A stretch of 64,000 nucleotides of DNA from Pirellulales bacterium (GCA_963733035.1 CAVTBU010000010.1:96001-160000), one strand, 5' to 3'. Shown: positions 51,639-60,779, counted from the first letter of the stretch. Notes: generated by a model from the letters alone, not told the origin. Numbers and translations are program-made.

Positions 51639-52775
51639 ATGAACGTCAAGACTTATCGCGCCAAAACGATGCAGGAAGCACTGGCCCTGGTGCGCAACGA
51701 CCTGGGGTCCAAAGCCTCCGTATTGCGCACTCGCGAGATTCGTCCGCGGGGCCTGTCGCGTTTGTGGAGCGCGGTTGGCATGATCGAAGTCGTTGCCTCG
51801 GCGAATGTGTCCGTACCGAGTCGACTGCCAAGCCGGCAGCCAATTATGTCGCCCGTTGCCGTGCCGGCAACACACGCGGGCCTGGATCTTTCGGCGGCAT
51901 CTTCGGAAGTGCGATTGCCACAAGGTTCTGCGGCACGTTCGGGCGGAGACAAGCACGAGCCGTTGGGCGTCCTCTCGCAGGTTCTGGCCGAGCTGCTGGC
52001 CACGGGACTCGACGAGTCTTATGCCCGAGAGCTGATCACGCGCGTTCGTCGTTTGCACGGCGAAGCGATGGTGGCCGACTCGGCAACGATGCGGCAGTTG
52101 TTGGCTGCCGCCATTGAAAAGGAGATTCGGGTCGCGGGCCCGATCTCGACGACGCCCGGGCAGAGACGTTTGGTGGCTCTGGTTGGCCCAACCGGCGTGG
52201 GCAAGACGACGACGCTGGCCAAGTTGGCGGCACACTATCGGGTGTTTGAGAATCGCCGCATCGGTTTGATCACCTGCGACACGTATCGCGTGGCCGCCGT
52301 CGAGCAACTGCGGACGTATGCCGACATTATCGACGTGCCGCTGGAAATCGCCTCCACGCCGCGTGAAGTCAAACAGGCCGTGGCGCGGATGTCGGACGTT
52401 GACCTGGTGCTGATGGATACCGCCGGTCGCAGTCCGCACGACGCGGCAAGAATTCAGCAGCTCAACCTACTCCTGTCCGAGGCAGCGCCCGACGAAGTTC
52501 ACCTGGTCCTTTCCAGCGCGGCTAATGCGGACGGCCTATGCGAGACGATCGAACGATTCGCACCTGCTCGTACGACCGCGCTGCTGCTAACCAAACTGGA
52601 CGAAGTCGCATCGTTGGGAAGCGTGTTCAACGTAATTCGACGTCGGCACATACCGCTTAGCTACCTGACGTATGGTCAGGACGTGCCGGCCGATATTGTC
52701 GTGGCCGATCCCGCACCGCTGGCGCGGGCGGTGGTCGGATTGGTCCGGCTGGCCGGACATCAACCTCCCCGTTAG
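51639..52775 (+). CDS. flhF: SRP-type GTPase FlhF
   Basis: [51 protein letters not shown]. Confidence 0.93.
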   Translation: MNVKTYRAKTMQEALALVRNDLGSKASVLRTREIRPRGLSRLWSAVGMIEVVASANVSVPSRLPSRQPIMSPVAVPATHAGLDLSAASSEVRLPQGSAARSGGDKHEPLGVLSQVLAELLATGLDESYARELITRVRRLHGEAMVADSATMRQLLAAAIEKEIRVAGPISTTPGQRRLVALVGPTGVGKTTTLAKLAAHYRVFENRRIGLITCDTYRVAAVEQLRTYADIIDVPLEIASTPREVKQAVARMSDVDLVLMDTAGRSPHDAARIQQLNLLLSEAAPDEVHLVLSSAANADGLCETIERFAPARTTALLLTKLDEVASLGSVFNVIRRRHIPLSYLTYGQDVPADIVVADPAPLARAVVGLVRLAGHQPPR

Positions 52776-52784
52776 CACAAAACT

Positions 52785-53618
52785 ATGTTTCGCGATCAAG
52801 CCACCGAACTCCGAGAACTAGTTCAGCACCGCACGCCCGCGGGCGGTGCCTCAGGAGAGATTGCGCCGCTGGTCGTGGTCGGCGGTGGAAAAGGGGGCGT
52901 CGGAACGACAACCATCGCGGTGAATCTGGCGGTTGCTCTTGCGCGCGAAGGACGCCGCGCCGTGTTGGTCGATGCCGACCTGGAGCACGGCGGGCAAATA
53001 CACTTCACGTCTCAGCGCGACCCGGGCAACATCCTGGACGTGCTCAGCGGACGGCGCGGCTTGCACGAAGTCCTCGCGCGCGGACCAGCGGGCGTGCAAG
53101 CGGTGACGGGCGCCTGGTCCGCAACCGAACCCAACGCGTGCTCCGCCGCGCGGCAGGCCAGATTCGTCGATCAACTCAAGTCGCTCGCGCCGCACGCAGA
53201 AGTGATTGTGGTCGACGCCGGCAACAGCCGCACGCCGTTTGTGCGCTTGTTCTGGCACGCGGCCGATGTGATTTGGGCGGTGACCACGCCCGAAGATGCC
53301 GCGGTTTTGCAATGCTACGCGGCCATCAAGGCCAATTTAGCCGGATGCAGTCGGCCGCCGCTACAAACGCTGGTCAATCGAATCGACGAACGGCTGGCTG
53401 GCGACGTGCACGCGCGGCTGGCCGAGGCCTGTCACCGATTTCTCGCCGTGCGCGTCGACGATGCTGGTAGCGCCGCAGTTTGCGAGCCGCGGGACGAGGT
53501 CTTATTTCACACCGGCTCGTTGGCGGAGCATGCCTTCGACCGTGCGGCCGAACGGTTATGGGCTTACCTGCAACGGGGTGACCGCGGCCTGTTGGACCGC
53601 GATCGGGGAGTTGCGTGA
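52785..53618 (+). CDS. flhG: FlhG/MinD-like ATPase with degenerate Walker A
   Basis: DQATELR activator helix, GKGGVGTTT, LVDADL, VTTPE; lies between flhF and fliA. Confidence 0.8.
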   Translation: MFRDQATELRELVQHRTPAGGASGEIAPLVVVGGGKGGVGTTTIAVNLAVALAREGRRAVLVDADLEHGGQIHFTSQRDPGNILDVLSGRRGLHEVLARGPAGVQAVTGAWSATEPNACSAARQARFVDQLKSLAPHAEVIVVDAGNSRTPFVRLFWHAADVIWAVTTPEDAAVLQCYAAIKANLAGCSRPPLQTLVNRIDERLAGDVHARLAEACHRFLAVRVDDAGSAAVCEPRDEVLFHTGSLAEHAFDRAAERLWAYLQRGDRGLLDRDRGVA

Positions 53619-53718
53619 GGCGCTAGCGGTGCTGTCCAAACGATCAAAAATGTTCATGCGTAGCGCATGAGAAACTGACACAGAAATCCCGAGGAATCGT
53701 ACGAAGCACGAAATAAAC

Positions 53719-53781
53719 TCAATCCCGGGCTTTGGCTGGCCGATAACAACGGACACCTCTTTCAGCCGCGCCGTCCGATAA
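53719..53781 (+). promoter_or_regulatory. Sigma28-type promoter upstream of fliA
   Basis: TCAA (53719-53722), 16 nt, perfect GCCGATAA (53739-53746); a second -10-like TCCGATAA at 53774-53781. Confidence 0.55.
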
Positions 53782-54087
53782 ACTTTGACGACTGCGGTGA
53801 GTTTAACGCGAAAGTGAGCGAGGTCTTCGTGAATCGCCAGCGAGGCACATCGAGTCGTCAGACCGCCCCAGGCGCCCTCGGAAGACTCTACGGCAAAGCC
53901 GGAATCGAGTTTCAGCATCCGCCGAAACGGCATGCGGCGCTATTTTGTTCTTTCGCTGCCAGAGTGAGCGGACTCTGGTGCAAACCATAACCCGGGCAGC
54001 GTTTCGCCCCGGCCAGGATGGCCGCGAAACGACGGCCCAACGACGACACTCTACGCACAAAACGCCAGACGCGAGTAATCACGGAGG

Positions 54088-54879
54088 ATGGTAATGGCGA
54101 TGACCACGATGGCGCCCGAGGACGTGGCGCAGATTTGGCAACAGTTCAAGCAGGATATGGAGAACCAGGAGCTCCGTAACCGGCTGGTGGAAATCTATCT
54201 GCCGCTGGTCAAGTACAACGGCGAGCGGATCTGGTCGCGGTTGCCTGAGGGCGTGGAACTGGACGACCTGATTTCGGCCGGTGTGTTCGGCCTGATGGAC
54301 GCCATCGACGCCTTCGATCTATCGCGCGGCGTCAAGTTCGAAACCTATTGCGTGCCGCGGATCCGCGGTGCCATGCTCGACGAACTGCGGACGATGGACT
54401 GGGTGCCGCGTCTGGTCCGCTCGAAAGCCAGCAAGCTCAACGAGGCAATCAAGACGCAGGAAGCCCGTCTGGGCCGCGCTCCCAGCGAAATCGAGTTGGC
54501 CGAGCACATGGGCATCTCGGTTCCTGAGCTCGAAAAGATGGTGATGGAGGCCAACGCCGTCAACCTGATCAGCCTGAACAAGAAGTGGTATGAGACCGAC
54601 AGCTACAAGGACGTTCGCGAGATCGACATCCTCGAGGACAAAAAGGGAGAAGATCCGACGCGACGGATCCAGAAGCACGACCTGATGCGGCTGGTTACCA
54701 AAGGGCTCAACCGCAACGAACGGCTGATTATCATCCTCTACTACTACGAAGAGCTGACGATGAAAGAGATCGGCGCCACGCTCGATCTCTCGGAAAGCCG
54801 CGTCAGCCAGATGCACAGCTCGATCGTCCAGCGTCTGCAAGGCCAACTCCGTCGGCGCAGGCCGGAGTTTGGAACCTAG
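54088..54879 (+). CDS. fliA: FliA/WhiG-family sigma factor (sigma28)
   Basis: DDLISAGVFGLMDAID, KFETYCVPRIRGAMLDELRTMDWVPR, LTMKEIGATLDLSESRVSQMH. Confidence 0.96.
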   Translation: MVMAMTTMAPEDVAQIWQQFKQDMENQELRNRLVEIYLPLVKYNGERIWSRLPEGVELDDLISAGVFGLMDAIDAFDLSRGVKFETYCVPRIRGAMLDELRTMDWVPRLVRSKASKLNEAIKTQEARLGRAPSEIELAEHMGISVPELEKMVMEANAVNLISLNKKWYETDSYKDVREIDILEDKKGEDPTRRIQKHDLMRLVTKGLNRNERLIIILYYYEELTMKEIGATLDLSESRVSQMHSSIVQRLQGQLRRRRPEFGT

Positions 54880-54906
54880 TCGAGCCTCGCGCAACACGTA
54901 ACTTCC

Positions 54907-54935
54907 AACCCACTGATTCACAGTGGGTTTTTTTT
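54907..54935 (+). terminator. Rho-independent terminator of fliA
   Basis: AACCCACTG-attca-CAGTGGGTT running into a T8 tract. Confidence 0.88.
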
Positions 54936-55051
54936 GCGCTGTGACCAAGCAACCGCGTCCGGCTACGAACCATCAATGGCGAATCGCTGGCGCCTGTGGT
55001 ATAAGTTGTCAGCGCCAACCCTTGCCCGTGCTCTCCTGCGAACGGTCTTGC

Positions 55052-56368
55052 ATGCTCCAGTCCGACGCCGCCACGCCGCCGCTCAAGAATCAGCGTCGGG
55101 AGATATTCGCCTGGGCTACGTATGATTGGGCGAACAGCGCCTACTCGACGATCCAAATCACCGTACTGGTCGATTATCTCACGCGGGGCGTCGACCTGCC
55201 CGATAAGCAAGGGGCCTTGCTTTACGGCTGGATCATCGGCGTGACGATGATGATCACGGCCGTCGCGTCGCCCATCTTCGGCGCCGTTGCCGATGCTCAC
55301 GCCAGCAAGCGCATTTGGTTGGCCGGCAGCACGCTGGTCGGCGCTGGAAGTGCGGCGCTGATGTTTTTCGCCACGCCCGATCGTCCCTGGCTGTTCGTGG
55401 CGCTATTCGTGCTGGCAAACCTGGGATACGAGCAGGCCTGGGGATTCTATAATGCCTTTCTTCCCGAGATCGCCGACGACAAATACATGGGGCGCGTTTC
55501 GTCCTGGGGCTTCGGCGCCGGCTACGTCGGCGGCGGCCTGTTGCTGCTGATTGCAATTCTGATCTTCACGTTTGGCGATCGCTGGGGGATCCCGAGCGAA
55601 AACGGGTTTCGCTTTCGCTTGTCGCTCTCACTAACGGGACTGTGGTGGGGCGTGTTCAGCCTGCCGATGCTCTTGATGGTCAAGGATAAGCGCGCTCCGT
55701 CGCGCGAGCGTCAACCGATTTGGATCGCCGCCCGACAGGCGGTGGGCGAAGTGTGGACGACGCTCACGCATTTGCGCCGTTACCGGATGCTCGTCATCTT
55801 CTTGGTCGGCTTCCTGATTTATAACGACGGCGTGCAAACCATGATCACGCAGGCCTCGGTGTTTGCGACCGACGTGCTGACCATGGAAACGGCCGAACTG
55901 GTGAGCGTGATTCTGATGATCCAGTTCGTGGCCTTGCCTGGCGCGTTGATCGTCGGCTGGTCGGCGGATCATATCGGCCAGAAGTTCACATTGATGGTCT
56001 GTTTGGGGATTTGGGTGACGCTGTTGATTTCTGCGTTCTTCATCACCGAGAAATGGCAGTTCTGGACGATGGCTGTGTTTGCCGCCCTGGTGCTCGGAGG
56101 CACGCAGTCGGTCAGTCGCACGATCATGGGCCTGATGACGCCCGAGGCGCGCAGTGCCGAATTCTTCGGCTTCTTCAATCTCTCGGGCAAGGCAGCCAGC
56201 ATGCTGGGGCCGATTGTGTTTTCGACGACGATGTACGCGACCGGCAGCGCCCATCTGGCGATCCTGAGCTTGCTCGTGTTCTTTATCCTCGGCTGGGCGA
56301 TCGTGGCTCCGTTGAACATCGCCAAAGGCCAGCAGCAAGCCGGCAAAACGGGCGAGGCCGCCGCATAA
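55052..56368 (+). CDS. MFS transporter (UMF1/Atg22-like)
   Basis: WATYDWANSAY, FYNAFLPEI, GRVSSWGFGAGYVGG, YNDGVQT, GGTQSVSR, EFFGFF. Confidence 0.88.
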   Translation: MLQSDAATPPLKNQRREIFAWATYDWANSAYSTIQITVLVDYLTRGVDLPDKQGALLYGWIIGVTMMITAVASPIFGAVADAHASKRIWLAGSTLVGAGSAALMFFATPDRPWLFVALFVLANLGYEQAWGFYNAFLPEIADDKYMGRVSSWGFGAGYVGGGLLLLIAILIFTFGDRWGIPSENGFRFRLSLSLTGLWWGVFSLPMLLMVKDKRAPSRERQPIWIAARQAVGEVWTTLTHLRRYRMLVIFLVGFLIYNDGVQTMITQASVFATDVLTMETAELVSVILMIQFVALPGALIVGWSADHIGQKFTLMVCLGIWVTLLISAFFITEKWQFWTMAVFAALVLGGTQSVSRTIMGLMTPEARSAEFFGFFNLSGKAASMLGPIVFSTTMYATGSAHLAILSLLVFFILGWAIVAPLNIAKGQQQAGKTGEAAA

Positions 56369-56477
56369 CGCGGCGGTCTTGGCGTAACGGTTCGCTTGGC
56401 TAGCCGTTGCGAGGCGCTCGGTGTAGACTGAAGGCTTCCACCGGTTTTGTCTCCGCTCACGATAGGAATTCGTTTCC

Positions 56478-57101
56478 ATGCTCGGTGCCACGCTCGGCAT
56501 TCCCCAATACGTTGCTCGCCTGCAAGAAGAACTTGATCACGTTGATAAACGGGAGATTCAGGCCTGGGCCGACCTGGTCTACGAAGCCTGGGAGAACGAA
56601 CGGTTTATCTTCGTGTTCGGCAACGGCGGTTCCGGAACGACAGCCACGCATATCTGCGAGGACTTGGGAAAAAGTTCGCTCCGCCAGGAAGAATTGCACG
56701 ACGAGTCGAAAAAGCGGCTGAAAATCCTCAGCCTGACCGACAACCTGGGCTGGATTCTGGCGCTGGGCAACGATGTGGGCTACGATCACATCTTCGTGCA
56801 GCAACTGATGAACTACGGCTCGGCTGGCGATCTGTGTATCGCCATTAGCGGCTCCGGAAATAGCCCCAACATTTTGAGCGCCGTTGATTGGGCCAACCGC
56901 CACGGCCTCAAAACGTTCGGCCTCACCGGTTTCGACGGCGGCAAGCTTCGCAAGCTGGCCCACGCCGGCATGCACGTTCCGCTCAACGACATGGGCATGG
57001 TCGAGAGCATTCATTTGGCGCTATTTCACTGGGTGCTGAACGATGTCTTCGCCCGCATCAATGGGGAAGGTAGGCACGCGGTCGTCGGTAGTCGTTCGTG
57101 A
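56478..57101 (+). CDS. gmhA: SIS-domain sugar-phosphate isomerase (GmhA-like)
   Basis: FGNGGS, ALGNDVGYDHIFVQQL, ISGSGNSPNI, TGFDGGKL, ESIH. Confidence 0.78.
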   Translation: MLGATLGIPQYVARLQEELDHVDKREIQAWADLVYEAWENERFIFVFGNGGSGTTATHICEDLGKSSLRQEELHDESKKRLKILSLTDNLGWILALGNDVGYDHIFVQQLMNYGSAGDLCIAISGSGNSPNILSAVDWANRHGLKTFGLTGFDGGKLRKLAHAGMHVPLNDMGMVESIHLALFHWVLNDVFARINGEGRHAVVGSRS

Positions 57102-57228
57102 TGGGTGGTAGGTGATACGCGGGGGACATCGCTTTGCCTTTGAGCCCGCACCTGGCATCGTTGCTGCATGATCGTGCCCTGTTCCGTCTTATCTTCACCT
57201 GCCACTAGCCACTAGCCGTTACTTCACC

Positions 57229-58257
57229 ATGTTTCTTGGCATCGAAATCGGCGGCACGAAATTGCAGCTTGGAGTCGGTGCGGGCGACGGCCAGCTGGTT
57301 GCTCTCGAACGCTTCGACGTGCAAACGAAACGCGGTGCGAAGGGTATTCTCGAACAAATCCGGGTGGCGAGTCGTGAGCTGTTCGCGCGGCACGACATCA
57401 AGGGTGTCGGCATAGGTTTTGGCGGGCCGGTGAACGTTGCGACGGGTGTTGTCGTCAAAAGCCATCATGTTCGTGACTGGGAGGATTTTGCCCTCGTCGA
57501 CTGGTGCCGAAAGGAGTTGAAACTTCCCGCCGTGCTCGAGAACGATTGCGACGCGGCGGGTCTGGCCGAGGCCAGCCACGGAGCAGGGCAGGGGCGCAAT
57601 CCGGTCTTTTATGTCACGGTCGGCACCGGAATTGGAGGCGGGCTCGTGGTCGATCGTCAGGTTTACCGTGGTTCGGGGCATGGTGCTGCCGAGATTGGGC
57701 ACCTACGCCCCGGCGTGCTGGCGGATCGGGCCGAGTCGACCGTCGAATCGCTGGCCAGCGGGTGGGGCATCGCCGCGGCGGCGCAGGCGCGACTGAGCGA
57801 CCCTGTGTCGCACGCGTTCGTTCCACTGACCGCCGGTCTTCGCAATGCGACGCCGGACGACGTTCGCCAGCGGCTGATCGACAGCGAGGAAGCCGCCGCT
57901 GAAGATCTGGCCGACCTGTGGCGGCGGTGCGACGGAAAACCGAATCGCCTCACCGCCAAGATGGTCGTGGCGGCTGCCGGCGAGGGGAACGACATCGCCT
58001 TGGAGGTGCTGGGACGCGCGTGCCAAACGCTCGGTTGGGCCATTGCCCAGGCCATTACGCTCGTGTCGCCTGAAGTTGTTGTGCTGGGGGGCGGTGTGTC
58101 GTTGGCCGACGAACGTCTGTTTTTAGTTCCGCTGCGCGCCGAGGTGGGCCGCTATGTCTTCCCGCCACTGGCCGACCGCTACCAGATCGTGCCGGCCGAG
58201 TTGGGCGAAGAGGTCGTCGTGCACGGCGCCTTGGCGGCGGCTCGGGCGCGCTGCTGA
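57229..58257 (+). CDS. ROK-family sugar kinase
   Basis: GIEIGGTK, GIGFGGPV, ENDCDAAGLAE, TVGTGIGGG, EIGH, VVLGGG. Confidence 0.9.
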   Translation: MFLGIEIGGTKLQLGVGAGDGQLVALERFDVQTKRGAKGILEQIRVASRELFARHDIKGVGIGFGGPVNVATGVVVKSHHVRDWEDFALVDWCRKELKLPAVLENDCDAAGLAEASHGAGQGRNPVFYVTVGTGIGGGLVVDRQVYRGSGHGAAEIGHLRPGVLADRAESTVESLASGWGIAAAAQARLSDPVSHAFVPLTAGLRNATPDDVRQRLIDSEEAAAEDLADLWRRCDGKPNRLTAKMVVAAAGEGNDIALEVLGRACQTLGWAIAQAITLVSPEVVVLGGGVSLADERLFLVPLRAEVGRYVFPPLADRYQIVPAELGEEVVVHGALAAARARC

Positions 58258-58260
58258 GGA

Positions 58261-58390
58261 CTAGAGCGGTTTTAATTGGCGTGTAGCGTGGCTAGCGTCC
58301 AGTTCTATCGCGTTTTTTCCGAGAGTGGCTTCAGTTGCCAGCTGCTGATAGCGGCGAAATGTCGCTACACCCAACGTGAAACCGCTCTAG
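58261..58390. mobile_element. 130-bp MITE-like element with terminal inverted repeats
   Basis: Left CTAGAGCGGTTTTAATTGGCGTGTAGCG versus reverse complement of the right end CTAGAGCGGTTTCACGTTGGGTGTAGCG; non-coding; between convergent genes. Confidence 0.7.
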
Positions 58391-58848
58391 TCCGCTTTGG
58401 CGGCTCGCAGCTTCTCTTCCAAAAGTTCGATCTCGGCAGAGAGTCGCGCGCGTTGCGCCATGGTGTAGGTAACTGCTTCGCCGCCTCGACTGCCCGTTCG
58501 AAACAGGGCCTCGATCTTCGACTCGATTTGCCCAGCTGCTTTCAAACGCTCTTCACATGCCGAAACACGTTGGTCCGGTGTGGTTGCCGCTGCCAGATGA
58601 GCTTCGGCACGCTTTTCGACGGCGTCGAGCAGGACGTCGAGCGTTATATGGCCGGACGCGTACGCCGCATTCGCGGCCTCAAAGGCACGTTGTGCGACCA
58701 GCACGCGCTTACGTTGCGCTTGTGTGAGCCGCTCCTCCAACTGGGCGACGTTGTCATCCTGAGTTTCAATCGTGTCTCCCGCCCGCAGCAATGAGGCACC
58801 CGGCAAGCAGGCGAATAGGGCCAGCACCAGTACGTATTGCGCTCTCAT
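58387..58848 (-). CDS. Secreted alpha-helical protein (paralog 1)
   Basis: AGGAG then ATG; signal peptide MRAQYVLVLALFACLPGASLLRA; AYASGHITLDVLLDA; LFRTGSRGGEA. Confidence 0.65.
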   Translation of the reverse strand: MRAQYVLVLALFACLPGASLLRAGDTIETQDDNVAQLEERLTQAQRKRVLVAQRAFEAANAAYASGHITLDVLLDAVEKRAEAHLAAATTPDQRVSACEERLKAAGQIESKIEALFRTGSRGGEAVTYTMAQRARLSAEIELLEEKLRAAKAD

Positions 58849-58906
58849 GATCATGCTCCTGGGGGTTCTATGAGATTCATTCTTATCATGCCGCGTTGCC
58901 GGTGCG

Positions 58907-59412
58907 TCACTCGATGTCGTTTCTTCGTTCGTCGAGCAGCTTCTCTTTCTCGTGCGTGCGCCGAGCGACCTTGAGCTTCGCTTCGAGCAGAGCGAGCTCC
59001 GCCGTTTCACGCTCGCACTTGACGATCGCATACGCATCGGCCTCGCCGCCGCGCATGCCGGCTTCGAAGAGTGCCGCGATGTTTTTCTCGATCCGCTTGA
59101 GGCTGCGCAAATGTTCGTCGAGGGCCTGGATTCGTTCGGTGGGCGTAGTGGCGACCGCCAGGCGTGCATCGACCAACTGTTGATGAGCAAACAGCAGCGT
59201 GGTAAGCAAGTTCGTACCGGCAGCGTACGAACGCTCGTTCGCTTCCACCGACATCGTTGCCGTGGCCACGCGCTCCGCGCACGCGCGCCGATCTTGTTGC
59301 TCAATTCGGCCACTTCTGGCGAGTCCGCCGGCTCGGCCGCCCAGATCCCCGAGACATAGGCAACGTGGCCCAAGAGCATCAACGCAGCAGCGAAAGCTGT
59401 CGCCAATTTCAT
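58907..59412 (-). CDS. Secreted alpha-helical protein (paralog 2), frameshift ~59290
   Basis: Signal peptide MKLATAFAAALMLL.. in one frame; body SYAAGTNLLTTLLFA..LAVATTPTERI..LFEAGMRGGEA in another; aligns by eye to paralog 1. Confidence 0.6.
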
Positions 59413-59493
59413 CCTGCACCTCATCTAATCGTGTGTTAGTAGCCGCCCATTGTCGGCAACAGGAACGCGCTGCGCGGTAGTGTAACAGATACG

Positions 59494-59880
59494 TCACTCC
59501 GACCGCCAACTTCCGCCGGACTTCCGCTCCATTTCTGCCCGCACCTCGGGGAGAGGATAGTCGATGATCGGCAAGTCGAGGTGGGCGATTTCTCGGAGCC
59601 GGCGATATCCGCGCGTAATCAGCGTCTCGCGTTCGCGCACGTAGTCGGCGTCCAAGCGTCGCTTGTCGAAGTCTCCCTCGACGACGACGGGCTCGAACTC
59701 CTCGTGCACGATGAACTGTGCCAGCACGGGGTTGCAGCGGATGTGGCGCTCGCGGGTTGTGTGCAGCGTCTCCGGGTCGAGCATGCCAACAACGTATCGC
59801 AGATAAAGATCGCTGTCGGTGATCACCTCTACGTCACCGCCGCAAACATCGCAAAGATACCCTTCTTCGCACTTGGCCAC
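59494..59880 (-). CDS. Conserved-looking hypothetical protein with Cys/His metal-binding motif
   Basis: MAKCEEGYLCDVCG..ERHIRCNP; coding-like composition; follows dapB. Confidence 0.7.
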   Translation of the reverse strand: MAKCEEGYLCDVCGGDVEVITDSDLYLRYVVGMLDPETLHTTRERHIRCNPVLAQFIVHEEFEPVVVEGDFDKRRLDADYVRERETLITRGYRRLREIAHLDLPIIDYPLPEVRAEMERKSGGSWRSE

Positions 59881-59887
59881 GGCTGTC

Positions 59888-59979
59888 GAAGGCAGAAGAA
59901 TGAAGGACGCAGGATGAGAAATGCCTGGCAGGTCAAAATCTCCTTCGAACTCATCCTCATCCTGCTGACTTCTGCCTTC
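59888..59979. repeat. Intergenic compound inverted repeat
   Basis: GAAGGCAGAAG (59888-59898)/CTTCTGCCTTC (59969-59979) enclosing GCAGGATGAG (59909-59918)/CTCATCCTGC (59956-59965). Confidence 0.65.
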
Positions 59980-59984
59980 TCCTC

Positions 59985-60779
59985 CTATAGTCCTAGCACA
60001 TCATTGATGGAATACAGGCCCACGGGCTTGCCGGCCAGAAACTTTGCCGCTGCCAGAGCACCGTGAGCGTAACAATCGCGATTGGTGGCCCGCACGGTGA
60101 TCTCCAGCGTTTCGCCGAGCAGCCCGAATACGATGGTGTGTTCACCTGGATTGTCGCCCGTCCGCAGCGCGTGGTAGCCGATTTCACCATGCGGTCGCTG
60201 GCCCGGTCGACCGGAGCGGCCGTGGCGTTCGTCTTTTTGGCCCATGACGCCGGCGATGATTTCGCCGAATTTCAAGGCCGTGCCGCTGGGAGCGTCTTCT
60301 TTGAAGCGATGATGCCGCTCAATAATTTCGACGTCGGCGCCGCTGGGATGTTCCTTGAGCGCCTCGGCAGCCGTTTCGGAAAGCTTCATCGCGAGGTTAA
60401 CCGCCAGGCTCATGCTGGGCGCCCAGAGCACGGGAATCTGCTTCGCGGCGGCGCGGATTTTTTCCTGTTGAGCTGGTTCCAGCCCGGTCGTGGCGACGAC
60501 CAGCGGCACACCGTTTTCCAGGCAACTGGTCAAAATGGCCGCGCACGCCTGCGGCACCGAAAAGTCGACCACGACGTCGACCTCTTCCGGCAAGGTGCTG
60601 GAGAGCGAGACGCCGATCGGGCCGACACCGGCCACCACACCCGCATCGACACCTGCCCTGGGGTGCGACGGTTGTTCGAGGGCCGCCACCACGCGCAAGT
60701 CTGGATCGGCGCTAGCCAGCGCGATCAAGCGTTGTCCCATTCGTCCGGCGGCACCATTGATTCCGATCCGAGTCGCCAT
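59985..60779 (-). CDS. dapB: 4-hydroxy-tetrahydrodipicolinate reductase
   Basis: GAAGRMG, DVVVDFS, VATTG, EIIERHHRFKEDAPSGTA. Confidence 0.96.
   Translation of the reverse strand: MATRIGINGAAGRMGQRLIALASADPDLRVVAALEQPSHPRAGVDAGVVAGVGPIGVSLSSTLPEEVDVVVDFSVPQACAAILTSCLENGVPLVVATTGLEPAQQEKIRAAAKQIPVLWAPSMSLAVNLAMKLSETAAEALKEHPSGADVEIIERHHRFKEDAPSGTALKFGEIIAGVMGQKDERHGRSGRPGQRPHGEIGYHALRTGDNPGEHTIVFGLLGETLEITVRATNRDCYAHGALAAAKFLAGKPVGLYSINDVLGL

Noticed and set aside
58387..59424. Single 345-aa ORF
   Set aside because: Chimera of the N-terminus of one paralog and the whole second paralog, caused by a frameshift
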